DNA from: Basidiobolus meristosporus CBS 931.73 | Taxonomy: Eukaryota; Fungi; Basidiobolomycota | DNA: 64,000 nt | Assembly: GCA_002104905.1 (NCBI GenBank) | Contig: MCFE01000309.1 | Location: forward strand, 33,777-97,776 | Direction of reading: 5' to 3' | Shown here: one piece after another, positions 38,128 to 51,672 of the stretch | How positions within the stretch are numbered: position 1 is the stretch's first letter | Layout of the letters: the number at the start of each line of letters is the position of its first letter | Notes under the pieces: generated by a model | Databases searched by the model: none | Told to the model about the DNA's origin: nothing | Seen by the model: the letters and a program-made list of their open reading frames with translations, nothing else | Program-made: the position numbers and the translations under genes

Positions 38128-40980
38128 TGCTACAAGTCCTGGTATAAGAGTTATAGAGGAACAGGGAGTTTAGCTAGTATTGTATTCACTAAAACTTGGA
38201 CTGATCTTTATTGAGGTTCCAGCAGCTCCTTATATACATCTTGCTAGATCAATTGCTGACTGATTGTATTTCCTAATGTAGGTTGAGGCTGATGACTCAT
38301 TTGATTGCATCATCATCACCCAATAAGATCCTATCTAATATATCTATTTCTATCCAATAAGGATCTGCTGATTCATTTGCTGACTAATGCCACTGATTTG
38401 ATATATAATACTGAAATACTGATAACTTAAACATATACTAGTTGATTTGACTAAAAACTGATCTAACTTAAACATTCAAGCGGCAGATCATAGCATTCTC
38501 CCCCACTGAGGTTGAGAGGGTTCTCCTGAATTTCTTTTCTTGGGATACCAATATCTTGATGGTACAGTATTTTCAGCAAGTCTTGAGTCTGTCCCTATGC
38601 ACTAAGTCTTCCCAGATATTGCCTTGTTTGTCCACTAGTTGATAAGTTGCAATGGACATTCACTGATTATCTTGAATGGTCCTGTCCATTGTGGCTCAAG
38701 CTTCTTCCAAGTGTTGTTTCTTAGCAATACAAAGTTCCCAACTATCAATGCTTCTGGTGCTATAATCTTATCAAATCTCTGCTTCATCTTTTCTGCACTT
38801 TGAGATACTTTGGTCTGTGCCTCTTGACATCTTTGTTCCAGTTGCTGGTTTCTACTTGGCTGACTGAGTTCATCTTCTAAGGTGTCTGTGAGCTTTGGTT
38901 GTGTGAGATCTCCTGGAATCCTAGGTTCAAATCCATACACTAAGTAAAGTGGCAATTGCTGGGTGGTATTGTGTACTCTGACTCTGCATGCAACAAGTGC
39001 TTGGTATATATACTCATCCCATCTACAGACAACTCCATTTGCATACTTGGTCAGCATTTTTTGAAATGATCCATTAAACCATTCAGTGACTACGTTAGTT
39101 CTGGGGTGATATGCTGAAGTTCTCAATTGTTTGATCTGCTGCATTTCCAGGTAAGCTTCCAATGTCTTTGCCATAAAGTTTGCACCTCTATTGTATAGAA
39201 TCTCTACAGGGCATCCAATTTTCATAAGGATCTCATGGTAGATGAAACTTGCAACTTCTTGTTCACTGACTATAGGTACAGCTTTAGCAACTGGCCATTT
39301 TGTGGCATAGTCAATTGCTACTAGGATCCAACAGTTGCATTTCCTGGCAGTTGGCAGTCTTCCAATAAAGTCAACTCCCCATCTTTTAAAATGGTCCTAC
39401 AGGCTCCAAGGGAAAAAGTTCAGCAATTCTCTGTGGTTGGCCTTAGCTGATTTGGCAATTTGGGCATGTTTTCACTAGCTTCTCAATGTCTTGTTTCATT
39501 CTGGGCCACCATGCTCTGGCTTTCACAAGGCTATAGGTTCCTTCAATTCTAAGAAGTCCGTATTCATTGTGTAGCTTATGTATTAAATCCAGGAGAGAAA
39601 AATAAGGGCAATAGGCAACAGGGCTTCCATCAACAATTTGGTAGAGTGTTTCATCCTGTACTATAAATTTGCTGGCTTCATCCCGGATTATCTGCTTGAT
39701 ATCTTCCTCCACCGCATTAGGAATGACTTGGTCCTCCAAGTACTTTGGTAATAAGCTAGGCCAATCTGATTCATGCACCAAGTTGAGTTGTGCAACTTGT
39801 TCTAATCTTGATAAGGCATCAGCAACCATGATGTTTTTTCCAGGGCAGTAGACAATCTCTAAGTCAAATTGCTGAATGTATTCACTCCATCTTGTCATTC
39901 TTCTAGCAAGTACCTTCTGAGTAAATATATACTTGAGGGAGGCATCATTAGTCTTCACAGTGCATTTGACTCCTTTAATATAGCATCTCCAAGTCTTCAA
40001 CAGTGTATTATAGCAAGCATCTCCTTCTCATGCACCGGATAGTTTTGCTCTGCAGAGTTCAGTTTCTTGGATTCAAAGACAACAGGGTAGTCCTTTCCCT
40101 TGAGTTCTTGACTCAACACTCCACCAATTGCATAATCTGGAGCATCTGTGCACAGAGTAAACTCTTTTCTGAAGTCAGGTATTCTAAAGCTTTGTGGTAT
40201 AGCAAGTTCATTCTTGAGCGTCTGAAAGGCAGTCTCACAAGCTATGTCCCACTTATAGATGTTGTCTTTCTTGAGGATATCAGTTAAAGGGGCTGCAATA
40301 CCTGCAAAGGACTTGACAAATCTGAATAATAGGAAACCATTCCAAGGAATGATCCAAGTTCTGATATGCTATGTGGCTGCTTCAGGTTTTTGATAACTTC
40401 AACCTTCTTAGGGTCCAAGGTCACTCCTGTGCTAGTCACCGTATGTCCCAGGTATTCAACATGTTCCTTGAAGAATTCACACTTGGCTAGCTTGCCATAT
40501 AGCTTGTTCTCTCTTAGCTTCTTCAAGACCTTTTTAATGTGCATCATGTGATCCTCTTCTGTCTTGCTGTATATCAACATGTTATCCAGGTAGATTATCA
40601 CAAACTTCTCTAAGTACTCCTCATAAACAGTCTGCATCTGCGTCATGAATGTTGCAGGGGCATGTTGCCAAAACTCATGACTAAATACTTGTAATGTCCA
40701 TATCTGGTCCTGAATGCTGTCAGTGTCAATGACATGATCTACATCTCTGACTGGTGGTAGGCTTACAAGTTCATCTGGAAATACCTCTGAATATTCCTTC
40801 AAAAGTGTCTGGACCTTTTGGGGTACTGGTGTAGAGGAATCCTGCTGTAATACTGCCATGAGGAACATCTGGGTGCCTATTCTTAGTGCTCTACAGAACT
40901 GTGTCCTCTTCTGTCTTGCTGTCTATCAACATGTCATATACGTAGATTATCTCAACTTTCTGCAAGTATTCCTGAAAGAT
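38128..40980 (-). mobile_element. Family B element, 5'-truncated: RT, RNase H, integrase, PPT, 3' LTR (38128-38495)
   Basis: ORFs 40284-40868 (YLDN), 39443-40000 (ADALSR), 38635-39225 integrase; PPT GTGGGGGAGAA. Confidence 0.85.
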
Positions 40981-40989
40981 GTTTTAAAT

Positions 40990-43786
40990 TGTTATGATCA
41001 ACTGCTTAAATGTTTAAGTTAGATCAGTTTTTGGTCAAATCAATTAATTTATGCTTAGCCTGTCAGTATATCAGTGTTATCTATCAAATCAGTAGCATTA
41101 GTTAGCCAATTGATAAGCATATCCACATCAGACAGAATTAGACATCTTAAGTAGGATCTTATAGGGTGATGATGATGTAATTGAATGAATTATCAGCCAT
41201 AACCTACATTAGGAAATACAATTAGTCAACAATTGGTCAGTCAAAATGTATATAAGAAGCTGCTGAAACCGCCATAAAAATCAGTTCAAGTTTTAGTGAA
41301 TACAAAACTAGCTAAATTCCTTATTCCTCTACTACTCTTATACAAAGACTTGCAACATTGGTAGCAGCAATAACCAGAGACTCCCCCCCTGAAGATAGAA
41401 GAGCCACTCTCAAGATGCAGAAAATCACAAATGGAAGAATGCTCTGCAGCAAATTGTTGCGCATCACCAAACAATCACTCTGTATCCTTAGCCAGCAGCA
41501 ACAAAGAATTTACTATCATGGCCCCGAGCCAGCAAAATCCTATCAAGAGCAACTTTTGTGTCAAGGTTGACTGGTACCATGGTAGAGTCTATGAAAGCCA
41601 GGGAATTTGGCTCTTCCAGATTGAAGAAGCTTTTAGGGCCAAGGGAATTGCACCAAAAAGCAGGTTACATTATAGAGCTTCTTACTTAGCGGATGCAGCT
41701 TTACAGTGGTACCACAACAAGTTCATGTCATCCACCATGATGGGATGCTCTACAATACTTACATGGGATGAGATTGTGTTGGAAATGCAGGATGCTTTTG
41801 AACCCCCACACCTGGAGACACTACTAAGAAGGAAGTTAAAGACACCCAGGCAGAAGGGAATAGTTCAAGAGTACCTATATGCATATAGAAGTCTAATTGG
41901 GCCAATTGTAAGAATGGACCCCCTGAATCAAGTTGTATACTTTATTGTTGGGTCAAACAAAAGAACTTGCAAGGAAGTGAATTATGAAAGACCTTAGACT
42001 ATTGAGGAAGCCATCAAGATTGTCATTGACAATGGTTCAGTTATGTTTGAAGCTGGGAAGCCCACAATGAATAATCAGAGAGGCCACAATCATCATGAAA
42101 GAAGACAATCAGAAGCAGTGCCAATGGGAATAGATGCTATGTAGAGGAATCCCCCTCAGAAGAATGCAAGAAGAAAGGCTTTGCTTTAATTACCACCAGC
42201 AAGGACATATTGCAAAGTACTGCCCTCAGAAAGAAATGGACACTAGTCAACAAGAGCCCTCAGCCATATTGAAGCCCACAAGAATAGTAACATGAAAGAT
42301 GAGCTTGAAGAAGATTCAGAACTCACCTTCTATATGACAGAAGAATATCTATCTTAAATTACCTCAAACCCAGGGAGGCTATAATACTTGAATGGAGTAA
42401 TAAGTGGAGTACCTGCCAAGATCATGATTGAATCAGCAGCATACCATGAGTATATGTCAGAGCAATCTGCCTTGAGAGGTGGAATCAACTTGGAACCCAC
42501 CAAATCTACCTTAGTCTTCACAGCTGATGGGAACTCTTACATAATCAACAATATTACCCAGCCAGTAGGAATGAAAATCAATGACTATGAAGAAGTCCTT
42601 CAAGCCTATATATATTTGGGAACTGCAAGTTTGACCTTGTACTTGAAAAACCTGGCTATTTTGTTGTAATTCATCAATCAATTGGAGAACACATGCTACT
42701 CAGATCCAGAAGAACAACAAGACCTATGAGCTATTACCTGCCAGATTGGATTTTAACTTGGCCAATACCAGTGTGTGTGAAACAAGTGAGCTTAGCAGAA
42801 TACAGTTCTGTAGAGCACTTAGAAAAGGTACACTAATGTTTCTCACGGCAGTAATATAGGAAGATTCCTTTTCTCCACCACCCCAGAAGGTCCAGACTCT
42901 TTTGAAGGGGTATTCAGACATGTTTCCAGATGGAAGAGTAAGCCTACCACAAGTCAGATATGTGCATCATGTCATTGATACAGGAGATAGCCCTAAAGTG
43001 AGTAAGACACCTTACAGAATGAGTCCATTGGAGTTGGAAGAAATGAAGAGACAAATAGATCAATTGTTGAAGCAAGGACATATCAGATCCAGCAAGTCAC
43101 CTTAGGGAGCACCAGTACTTTTTGTAAAATGAAGGATGGTACAATGAGGATGAATCTAAAGCAGCCCATAGTATATTGAAACTCAGATCATTCCTTGGAG
43201 TGGTTTCCTGTTATCAGAGATTTGTCAAGTCCAAGATCATAAGAGAGTGTCCATTTGCAACTTACTAACTAGTGCAGAAACAAGGGATTTTCTGAGATGA
43301 TTTAGTTTATAAAGACAGGCTCAAGCTAACAAGACTTGCAAACAATACTGAAGCATTAGATATTGGTAATACAAGAAAAGAAATTCAGGAGAACCCTCTC
43401 AACTTTAGTATGACAGAGTGCTATGATCAACCGCTTGAATGTTTAAGTTAGATCAGTTTTTAGTCAAATCAACTAATTTTATGTTTAGCTTATCAGTACA
43501 TCAGTATTATTTATCAAGTCAGTACCATTAGTTAGCAAATGAATTGGCAGATCCTTATCAGACAGAAATAGATATATCAAGTAGGATCTTATTGGTGATG
43601 TTGATGCAATCTGGTGAATCATCTGCCACATCACATATTGGGAGATACAATCAGTCAGTAATTGATCTGGCAAAATGCATACAAGAAGCTACTGGAACCT
43701 CAATAAAAATCAGTTCAAGCCTCAGTGAATTCACTACATCCTAAACTCCCTATTCCTCTGCAACTCTTGTATAAAGACTTGTAACA
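40990..43786 (+). mobile_element. Family B element with large internal deletion (LTRs 40990-41357 and 43419-43786)
   Basis: PBS TGGTAGCAGC at ~41359; gag 41431-41997; PR; RT start jumps to integrase end near 43140-43200; no TSD seen. Confidence 0.8.
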
Positions 43787-44144
43787 GCATCAGGGTAATA
43801 AGTGTAGCAGAGGCATTGGCGCAGCCAAAACCCATGACATATCACTAGCTATGTCCATATCTGGTCCTCAATGCTCTCACAGAAGTGTCTTCAGGCTTCA
43901 CCCTGATTTGGATATGCCCTGACATGAGTTCACTCTAACAGAGAATATTGGCTCTATTAAGTTGGTCCTAAACTCATCACTCTAAGGTATGAAGTACGAG
44001 TTCCTTATGGCATTGAGTTAAGGGCCTTGTAGTTAATGCACATTCTAAGTGCCCCATCCTTCTTTGTCACAAAGGTTACTGGAATTGACCAAGTTGAGTT
44101 CCAGTCTGGCAAATGGTAGCTGACAGGTCTGGTTTTGACTACTG
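43787..44144 (-). pseudogene. Gypsy RT fragment
   Basis: Minus strand encodes a KKDGALRMCINYKALN-like RT motif. Confidence 0.6.
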
Positions 44145-45520
44145 TGTTACAAGTCTTGATAAGATTTGTAGAGGAATAGGGAGCTTAGCTAGTAATGCTT
44201 TCACTAAGACTTAAACTGATCTTTATTGATGTTCCCACAGCTCCTTATATACATTTTGCCAGATCAATTGCTAATTAATTGTATTTCCAAGTGTAGGTAG
44301 TGGCTGATAATTCATTTGATTGCATCATCATCACCCTGTTAGATCCTGCTTAATGTATTTGTTTTTATCTGATAATGGCTGCTGATTCATCTGCTGGCAA
44401 ATACTACTGATTTGATAGATTATATTGATATACTTATGTACTGATAGACTAAACATAAAACAAATTGATTTGACTAAAAACACACCTGACCTAAACATTC
44501 AAGCAGTATATAATGATATTCTCCCTTACTAATGCTGAGAGGGTTCTGCCAAATCACTTTTCTTGAGATACCAATATCATGCTGGCTGAGATATTGCCTT
44601 TTTTGTCCACTAGTGGTAAGTTGCAAATGGACATTCTCTGATGATATAGAATGGTCATGTCCATTGTGGCTCAAACTTCTTCAAGTGTTATTTCTTATCA
44701 ATACAAAGCTCCCAACTGTCAATGCTTCTGGTGCTATAGTCTTATCAATTATCTGGTTCATCTTTTCTGCACTTTGAGATACTTTGGTCTGTGCCTCTTG
44801 ACATCTTTGCTCCAGCTGCTGGTGTCTACTTGGCTGATTGAGTTCATCTTCTAAGGTGTCTGTAAGCTTTGGTTGTGTGAGATCTTCTGAAATCCTTGGT
44901 ACATATCCACACACTGATTAAATGGCAATTGTTGAGCAGTGTTGTGCCTCTAGCTCTGTTAGTAATAGTGCTTGGTCTATATTCTCATCCCATCTACTGA
45001 CATTTCTTTTTGTATACCTGGTGAGCATTTTTCCAGATAATCCATTAAGCCACACAGTTACTCCATAAGTACTAGAGTGATATGCCAAGGTGTTTAAATA
45101 GATCTCTTGGTACATGAAACTTGCAGCTTATTGTTCACCTGCTATAGTACCACTTTATCCACTAGCCATTTAGTGGCATGGTCAATTACTACTGGGATCC
45201 AATGGTTGCATTTCCTTGTGGTTTGTAGTCTTCCAATAAAGTCAATTCTCCATCTCTCAGATGATATTACAGCGTCCAGGGGAAGAAGTTCAGCAATTCT
45301 CTGTGGTTGTCCTTGGTTAATTTGGCAATTTGCGCATGTTTCACTAGCTTCTCAACATCTTGTTTGATTCTTGACCACCATGCTCTGGCTTTCATAAGGC
45401 TATAGATTCCTGTGATTGCAAGATGTCCATATCCATTGCGTTGCTTATATATTGAATCCAGGCAGGCAACATAAGGGCAATAGGCAATAGGGCTTTCATA
45501 TACAATTTGTTAGAGTGTTC
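44145..45520 (-). mobile_element. Family B integrase plus 3' LTR (44145-44518)
   Basis: Colinear with 38128-39620. Confidence 0.8.
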
Positions 45521-45524
45521 ATAT

Positions 45525-47085
45525 GCCACCATTGGAATGTGTCCAGTGTGTCAGGAATCTGCTTCCATGGAAGTAGCACATAGCTGATATTCTAGATATA
45601 TTCCAGTAATACACCATACAAAGTGCTTATGCAGTCTGTCAATTATTGTCAAGTTACATTAGTGCACTTAGGGTCCATTAAGCACAAACAATTCCATTAT
45701 GTTTGATGGCAATAAACACGGACAATAAAGGTGAAAGGGTGCATTGATTCTATATTTGACCTTGCCTTTGGCTTGGCAATAGTAGGACTCTCATTAAATA
45801 GGTACTCTACAAACAGATATCACCGGCTACTGATCCTATAGAATCAAAGCAGGGATTGGAGGGTTGCCTGACTGATATCTGATCAATATTACCATCAAAC
45901 CTGGATGAATACCTGTGTTCATTGCTGGGTGATTGTTGTATTATACTCAGCTGGATACTAGTGAGTGGCCATTATTTCAAAACTGATTGCTTTCTGCATC
46001 AATAGTACCCCAGCCATCAGAAAGATAAGTGGCATTTCCAGGTACCATTGATGGTATAACTATTAATTATCTGAGATCCAAGGAATTTACCCCATTAAGC
46101 ACTTATACTGCATTGATTATTTAAGTACCAACACTAGGAACAATACTTTCCCACAGAAATAATGCATAGAAGTCAGTATTCATGTTGAATATGGCTGGCA
46201 AACTATTAGTCATTGGACAAAATATGGAGCCAGATTAAGCCTATGAGTAGTTCAGATTGTAGAAGTGTTTCAAAGCAAAAGATTGCTATTTGGAATAATG
46301 CATTTGCTCACCAAAAAATATCCCAATGCTAATAGCCAACAAAAGTATTAGGCATTTCCAGCAAAATGATCCTACTGAGACACCGGAGAAATATAAAAGA
46401 AATGGTGGGATGTAGCAGGGTATCTGCTGCCAAAAGTACATCATACAAGCTGCAATCAATGTCCATACACAAATGCAGCATTTAAAAGTTCAAGGACTGG
46501 ATGAACTGGATATTTACTCATTTCAGTGGCCAAATGAAGCAATTTCTACCCAGAGCTAGTAGGAAGCATTTAGTCATATGTGGACATCATAGGAGTACTT
46601 CTACGGAAGCTGATTACCACAGCCAACTTAACACCTCTACATCTCTTATACAACCAGCTTATTGAATAGTTTGAATGCCAATACCGCAAGCAACAAGCTC
46701 AATGCATAGATCTCAGACACTACTCTATGCATACTCCACTTCATACTGCTATAAATGCAAAGAACATTTGGTCTTGCTTGACCTTTTGGAAGTTTCCTGT
46801 TGATAGGATGTATGTGAAGATAGGAACTAAAGAGTGAGAAAGAGAGGTAATAGCCATTAAATGGGCACAAGTGTAGGAGGTGATTGAGTGTCACATCTGG
46901 TGAATCTGCAGAAAAGGTCCAACTTATGTGTATGAAACACCAGAGTACTGACTGAGTTAGATAGCAAACAGCGTACAAAAGAGGCAACAGCCAACTAATG
47001 TACACAAATGTTGGTAAGGATCAAGTATATGCCATTAGAGAGTGACAGGCATGTTGGTTAACTGGCAAAAAGACTCTTAGGTAGT
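45525..47085 (+). pseudogene. CACTA-like transposase fragment, including the core missing from the first copy
   Basis: Colinear with 6100-6232, 7304-7494 and 11080-11420 without the nested insertions. Confidence 0.65.
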
Positions 47086-47329
47086 AGACATGTTCCATTA
47101 GATAGTGCCACATTGAGCCATGAGTGCCAAATGATGCAATAGTGTGCCAGGGAGGCCAAGTGAACCTATGCTCGGCCACAGAGTGTGAAACATAGCTCTG
47201 CATCTTCATGCAAAGCAGCCCCTTTGTTTCACCCATTCTACTGTAGAAAAATCATTTTTTGACCTTTTTTTTGGAATAATGTTGTGCATGATTTGTAAGA
47301 GCACAGAAAGATTAAAGACATGCACCCAG
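47086..47329. mobile_element. PHIS MITE arm interrupted by Gypsy D
   Basis: AGT flank then AGACATGTTCCATTAGATAGTGCC; colinear with 47879-48120. Confidence 0.8.
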
Positions 47330-47878
47330 TGTAGTGGGGTCACGGTGACACCCACAGGCAGATGTGCTCACTCCCATATGTTCACTTCCCTAAAAAGGAT
47401 ACCCCCCCTATATTAGTATCATCCCAAATTGCAATATTATCTATTCTGTCTATATGATTATTACTATGCAACCTGACAAACTATTTGTCACTATTAACCC
47501 ATTACACAAGCTATTCCTATTCCTTGCCAAGATGCCAAGATAAGATAGTTACCATATAAGGCAAGTACCCCCAACAGTGCCTATGTCATGTGACCATCCT
47601 GGTTTCATAAACCTCCTATCCTACTACTATTTGAGGTAACTACCTGACACAGAGGTTTCATATTACCACTATCTGATTGGCTAGGTGCTACTATGTCATA
47701 TGGAACAATCCGCCAAGAGTTTGCGCAATTTTTAGTACACAATGACATGATTGGCTGTCTACTACCTTCTGGAAACTTCCGGAAAGTATTTTCTATCAAG
47801 AATTTGAGCAGCAAAAAAGTATATAAGGGAGGCTATCCCTTAAAATAAATCACCCCTTGTCCAGTATTCCAACTTATT

Positions 47879-48611
47879 AGACTTGTTCCATTGGATGGTG
47901 CCACATTGAGCCATGAGTGCCAAATGATGCCATAGTGTGCCAGAGAGGCCAAGTAAGCCTATACTTAGCCACAGAGTGTGAAACATAGATCTGCATCTTC
48001 ATGCAAAGCATCCCATGTGTCTCAGCTATGATGCAGGAGAAAATCCATTTTTTGATGTTTTTTTGTGGATCAATGTTATACAGGATGTGCAAGAGCAGTA
48101 AAGGATTGAAGATATACATCTGATACTTTATACCCATGGCACTTTGAATCTAGCTCCTGTGGCTTGTAACATGTCACAAAAATGCATGGCACTATCTTGG
48201 TCCACTGGTACTATCTGGCACTATAAGTGCTTTGTATTCATCTTACTTTAGGGCTAATATTTTAATATAGCGTTAGAAAGTACCAGTTGATCAAGATAGT
48301 GCCATGCATTCTTGTGACATGTTACAAGCCACAGGATATCAATTCAGAGTGCCATAGGTATTGAGTACCAGATGTATATCTTCAATCCTTTAGTGCTCTT
48401 GCACATCCTGTACAACATTGACCTAAAAAAAAGGTGAAAAAATGGATTTTCTCCATCACAATCAGTGAGACACAGGGGCTGCTTTGCATGAAGATGCAGA
48501 TCTATGTTTCAAACTCTGTGGACAAGTGTAGGCTCACTTGGCCTCCCTGGCACACTATGGCATCACTTGGCACTCATGGCTCAGTGTGGCACTATCCAAC
48601 AGAACAAGTCT
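47879..48611. mobile_element. Complete foldback MITE of the PHIS family, 733 bp
   Basis: AGACTTGTTC...GAACAAGTCT; ATT at 47876-47878 and 48612-48614; empty site in the 3' LTR at ~56063-56075; ~340-bp imperfect inverted arms. Confidence 0.92.
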
Positions 48612-48834
48612 ATTGATTAGTGAGATCACCGCTGCCTATTACCACTATTTTCTGACTCAAACCTGACAATAATCCCAGGAAACTGCGCTGACAGCCAACT
48701 GACCTTGGAGGCACTACTTGTGAGGAATACTCTGAGTAGGTATATTTTATTAAATTTGATTGTTTTCCCAAGTTTGTTCTTTTACAGGCAAAGATACATT
48801 TCAGTCTGTGTAACTATTGGTCAAAGCTGCATTC

Positions 48835-49984
48835 TGTAGTAATGGAATACTTTCCATTACTACAATATCTCCAAACCAATATTGCACTCATTTCTTTATT
48901 TTGCTTTTTGCTATTGTAACACTCAAGCAAAAGATCAAGAATTTCCAACATTGAAGAACAAATGCTCCAGACCCTGACAAGCAATCCACCTGAGAATATT
49001 ATGTCATACAGAACATGTAGTAGCCAACACATGTTTCAAATTACAGCTCATTTGAAGCAGTACCAAAGGAGTTATGACCAAAAGAGTCCGATTATTATAT
49101 ATACTATGCCTTATTGCTAGGATTACTATGATGACTTTGATTGTGTGTACTTTTGAACTAGCCAATGAAATCACGAGATTTTCACAGGTGCTGCGCCTAT
49201 GTCCGATCTGCGCCACTGCAAAATTTTAGCATTATATCACGTGTATTGCCTGCTCAATTGCCCAAAAACTTTGATCCTTCAAAATTTTCATATATATGAC
49301 TTCCCCAGCTGAAAAATAAAAGGGAGAGCCTCTCATTCCAGATTCTCCACACTACAATTACAAGTTTAAAGGTTATAAGACTTCCCCTGCATCACTTGTA
49401 CTGTTGAGTATTCTGACTTTGATCAGTACTACATCAGTAAAGAGACTGCAAAGCTCACAAAAAACCTATCTAAGTTCTACAAGAAACTACCACTTTTCTG
49501 TTGGAAAAGTCCCCTCTAAGAAACCCCTTTAAGATACCCCTTTACTCTAAAGAAGCCCCTTTAGGCACCCCTTTAGTGTAAAGTCCACTTTAGAGACCAC
49601 TACAAGAAGCCCCTTTACTTTAAAGACACCTCTTTAGAGACTTCTACAACACACCCCTTTAGGTTAAAGGGGAGTTCGGAATTTCCATATTAGAAAATAT
49701 TTTCTCTGAAAGGAAAGTGACTTCCAAATAAGGAGAAGTTACTGTAAAGTAAATAAGCCCATTAGTTGACAGAAGGTCATAACACTGCTGTAGAAGTGAT
49801 ACACACTGCCTACAGTATATTTTGAGCCTAAGATTAAGGAAATTAGTGAAAGTTATAACTTCTATCAGTATATCAAACTCGCAATAAACTATTTCAGTAT
49901 TAGCATACTGGAAGCTGTTGTATATTGTTGATTAGCCTCTACATTGTAGAACAAGCCCCAAACTAATCATAATACAACACAACA
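48835..49984 (+). mobile_element. Solo LTR of Gypsy family A
   Basis: TG...CA, 1150 bp; ATTC/ACTC flanks; empty site visible in the D solo LTR at ~6530-6555. Confidence 0.9.
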
Positions 49985-50256
49985 ACTCCTATCAAGTCCC
50001 TGTTGGTGGAGTTTACAGTTGTTTTGACTTTGGAAGCTTTAGTACATTGTCATCTCAAAGGATGTCAAAGCCATTATAGAGTTTTGTTAAGACGCCAACT
50101 AAGTTGGGGATTGTAGTTCAATAGTTTTACCTTGACAAGCTTGAGGCTTTATCCCCCATCACATTAGATTAGAAAAAAGACCCAGTATTCCTAGCAGGCT
50201 TTTGCCAGAGGTTATTGCACCCAGTGAACACCCCACACACATTCACACTTGAGAAG

Positions 50257-51486
50257 TGTTGTGTTGTATTCTGATTAGTTTGGGGATTGTTTTACAATGT
50301 AGAGGCTAATCAACAATATACAACAGCTTCCAGTATGCTAATACTGAAATAGTTTATTGGGAGTTTGATATACCAATAGAAGATATAACTTTCACTAATT
50401 TCCTCAATCTTAGGCTCAAAATATACTGTAGGCAGTGTGTATCACTTCTACAGCAGTGTTCTGACCTTTGTTGACTAATGGGCTTATTTACTCTACAGTA
50501 ACTTTTCCTTATTTAGAAGTCACTTTCCTTTCTAAGAAAATATTTCCTAATATGGAAATTGTGAACTCCCCATTAACCTAAAGGGGTGTGTTGTAGAAGT
50601 CTCCAAAGGGGTCTTTAGACCTAAAGGGGTGTCTAAAGGGGTGTCTTTAGAGTAAAGGGGCTTCTTGTAGTGGTCTTTAAAGTGGACTTTACACTAAAGG
50701 GGTGCCTAAAGGGGCTTCTTTAGAATAAATGGGTCTCTAAAGGGGTCTTTAGACTAAACAGGTGTCTAAAGGGGTGTCTTTAGAGTAAAGGGGTTTCTTA
50801 GAGGGGACTTTTCCAACAGAAAAGTGGTAGTTTCTTGTAGAACTTAGATTGGATTCTTGTGAGCTTTCCAGTCTCTTTACTGATGTAGTACCAATCAAAG
50901 TCAGAATACTCAACAGTGCAAGTGAAGCAGGGGGAAGTCTTATAACCTTTAAACTTGTAATTGTAGTGTGGAGAATCTGGAATGAGAGGCTCTCCCTTTT
51001 ATTTTTCAGCTGGGGAAGTCATATATATGAAAATTTTGAAGGATCAAAGTTTTTGGGCGATTGCGCATGCAATACACGTGATACAAAGCCAAAATTTTGC
51101 AGTGGCGCAGATCGGACATAGGCGCAGCACCTGTAAGAATCTCACGTGATTTGGTCGGCTGGTTTGAAAGCTACATGCAATCAAAGTCACCTTAGCAATC
51201 CTAGCAATAAGGCATAGTATATATAATAATCGGACTCTTTTGGTCATAACTCCTTAAGTACTGCTTCAAATGAGCTGTAATTTGAAGCATGTGTTGGCTA
51301 CTACGTGTTCTGTATGACATAATATTCTTGAATGGATTGCTTGTCAGGATCTGGAGCATTTGTTCTTCAATGTTGGAAATTCTTGATCTTTTGCTTGTGT
51401 GTTACAATAGCAAAAAGCAAAATAAAGAAATGAGTGCAATATTGGTTTAGAGATATTGTAGTAATGGAATACTTTCCATTACCACA
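50257..51486 (-). mobile_element. Solo LTR of Gypsy family A
   Basis: 1230 bp; GAAG at 50253-50256 and 51487-51490; empty site in the D solo LTR at ~6268-6285. Confidence 0.92.
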
Positions 51487-51535
51487 GAAGTGTTGGCCAT
51501 ATTTTGCCCTTTGGACTTATACACCACCACATATT

Positions 51536-51553
51536 TGGCACCTAATGTGGGGG
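51536..51553 (+). promoter_or_regulatory. PBS of family D, CpG-decayed tRNA-Lys type
   Basis: TGGCACCTAATGTGGGGG resembles the known TGGCGCCCAACGTGGGG Lys-type PBS, with transitions at both CpGs. Confidence 0.65.
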
Positions 51554-51672
51554 GCTCATACAAGCTCCCTAGGACCCAACAAGATTTACCTGCAGATTTG
51601 AGCCGTTACCCACTTACTGAAAAGAGACTACTAATACTACCTAGACTACAACACCACCCTACCTACCCCCAA

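Noticed and set aside
46646-47005. 119-aa minus-strand ORF as a possible host gene
   Set aside because: Largely antisense to degraded CACTA transposase sequence; no recognisable motif
51490-51672. N-terminal extension of D gag from a TTG start
   Set aside because: It begins inside the LTR, upstream of the PBS; an artefact of allowing alternative starts
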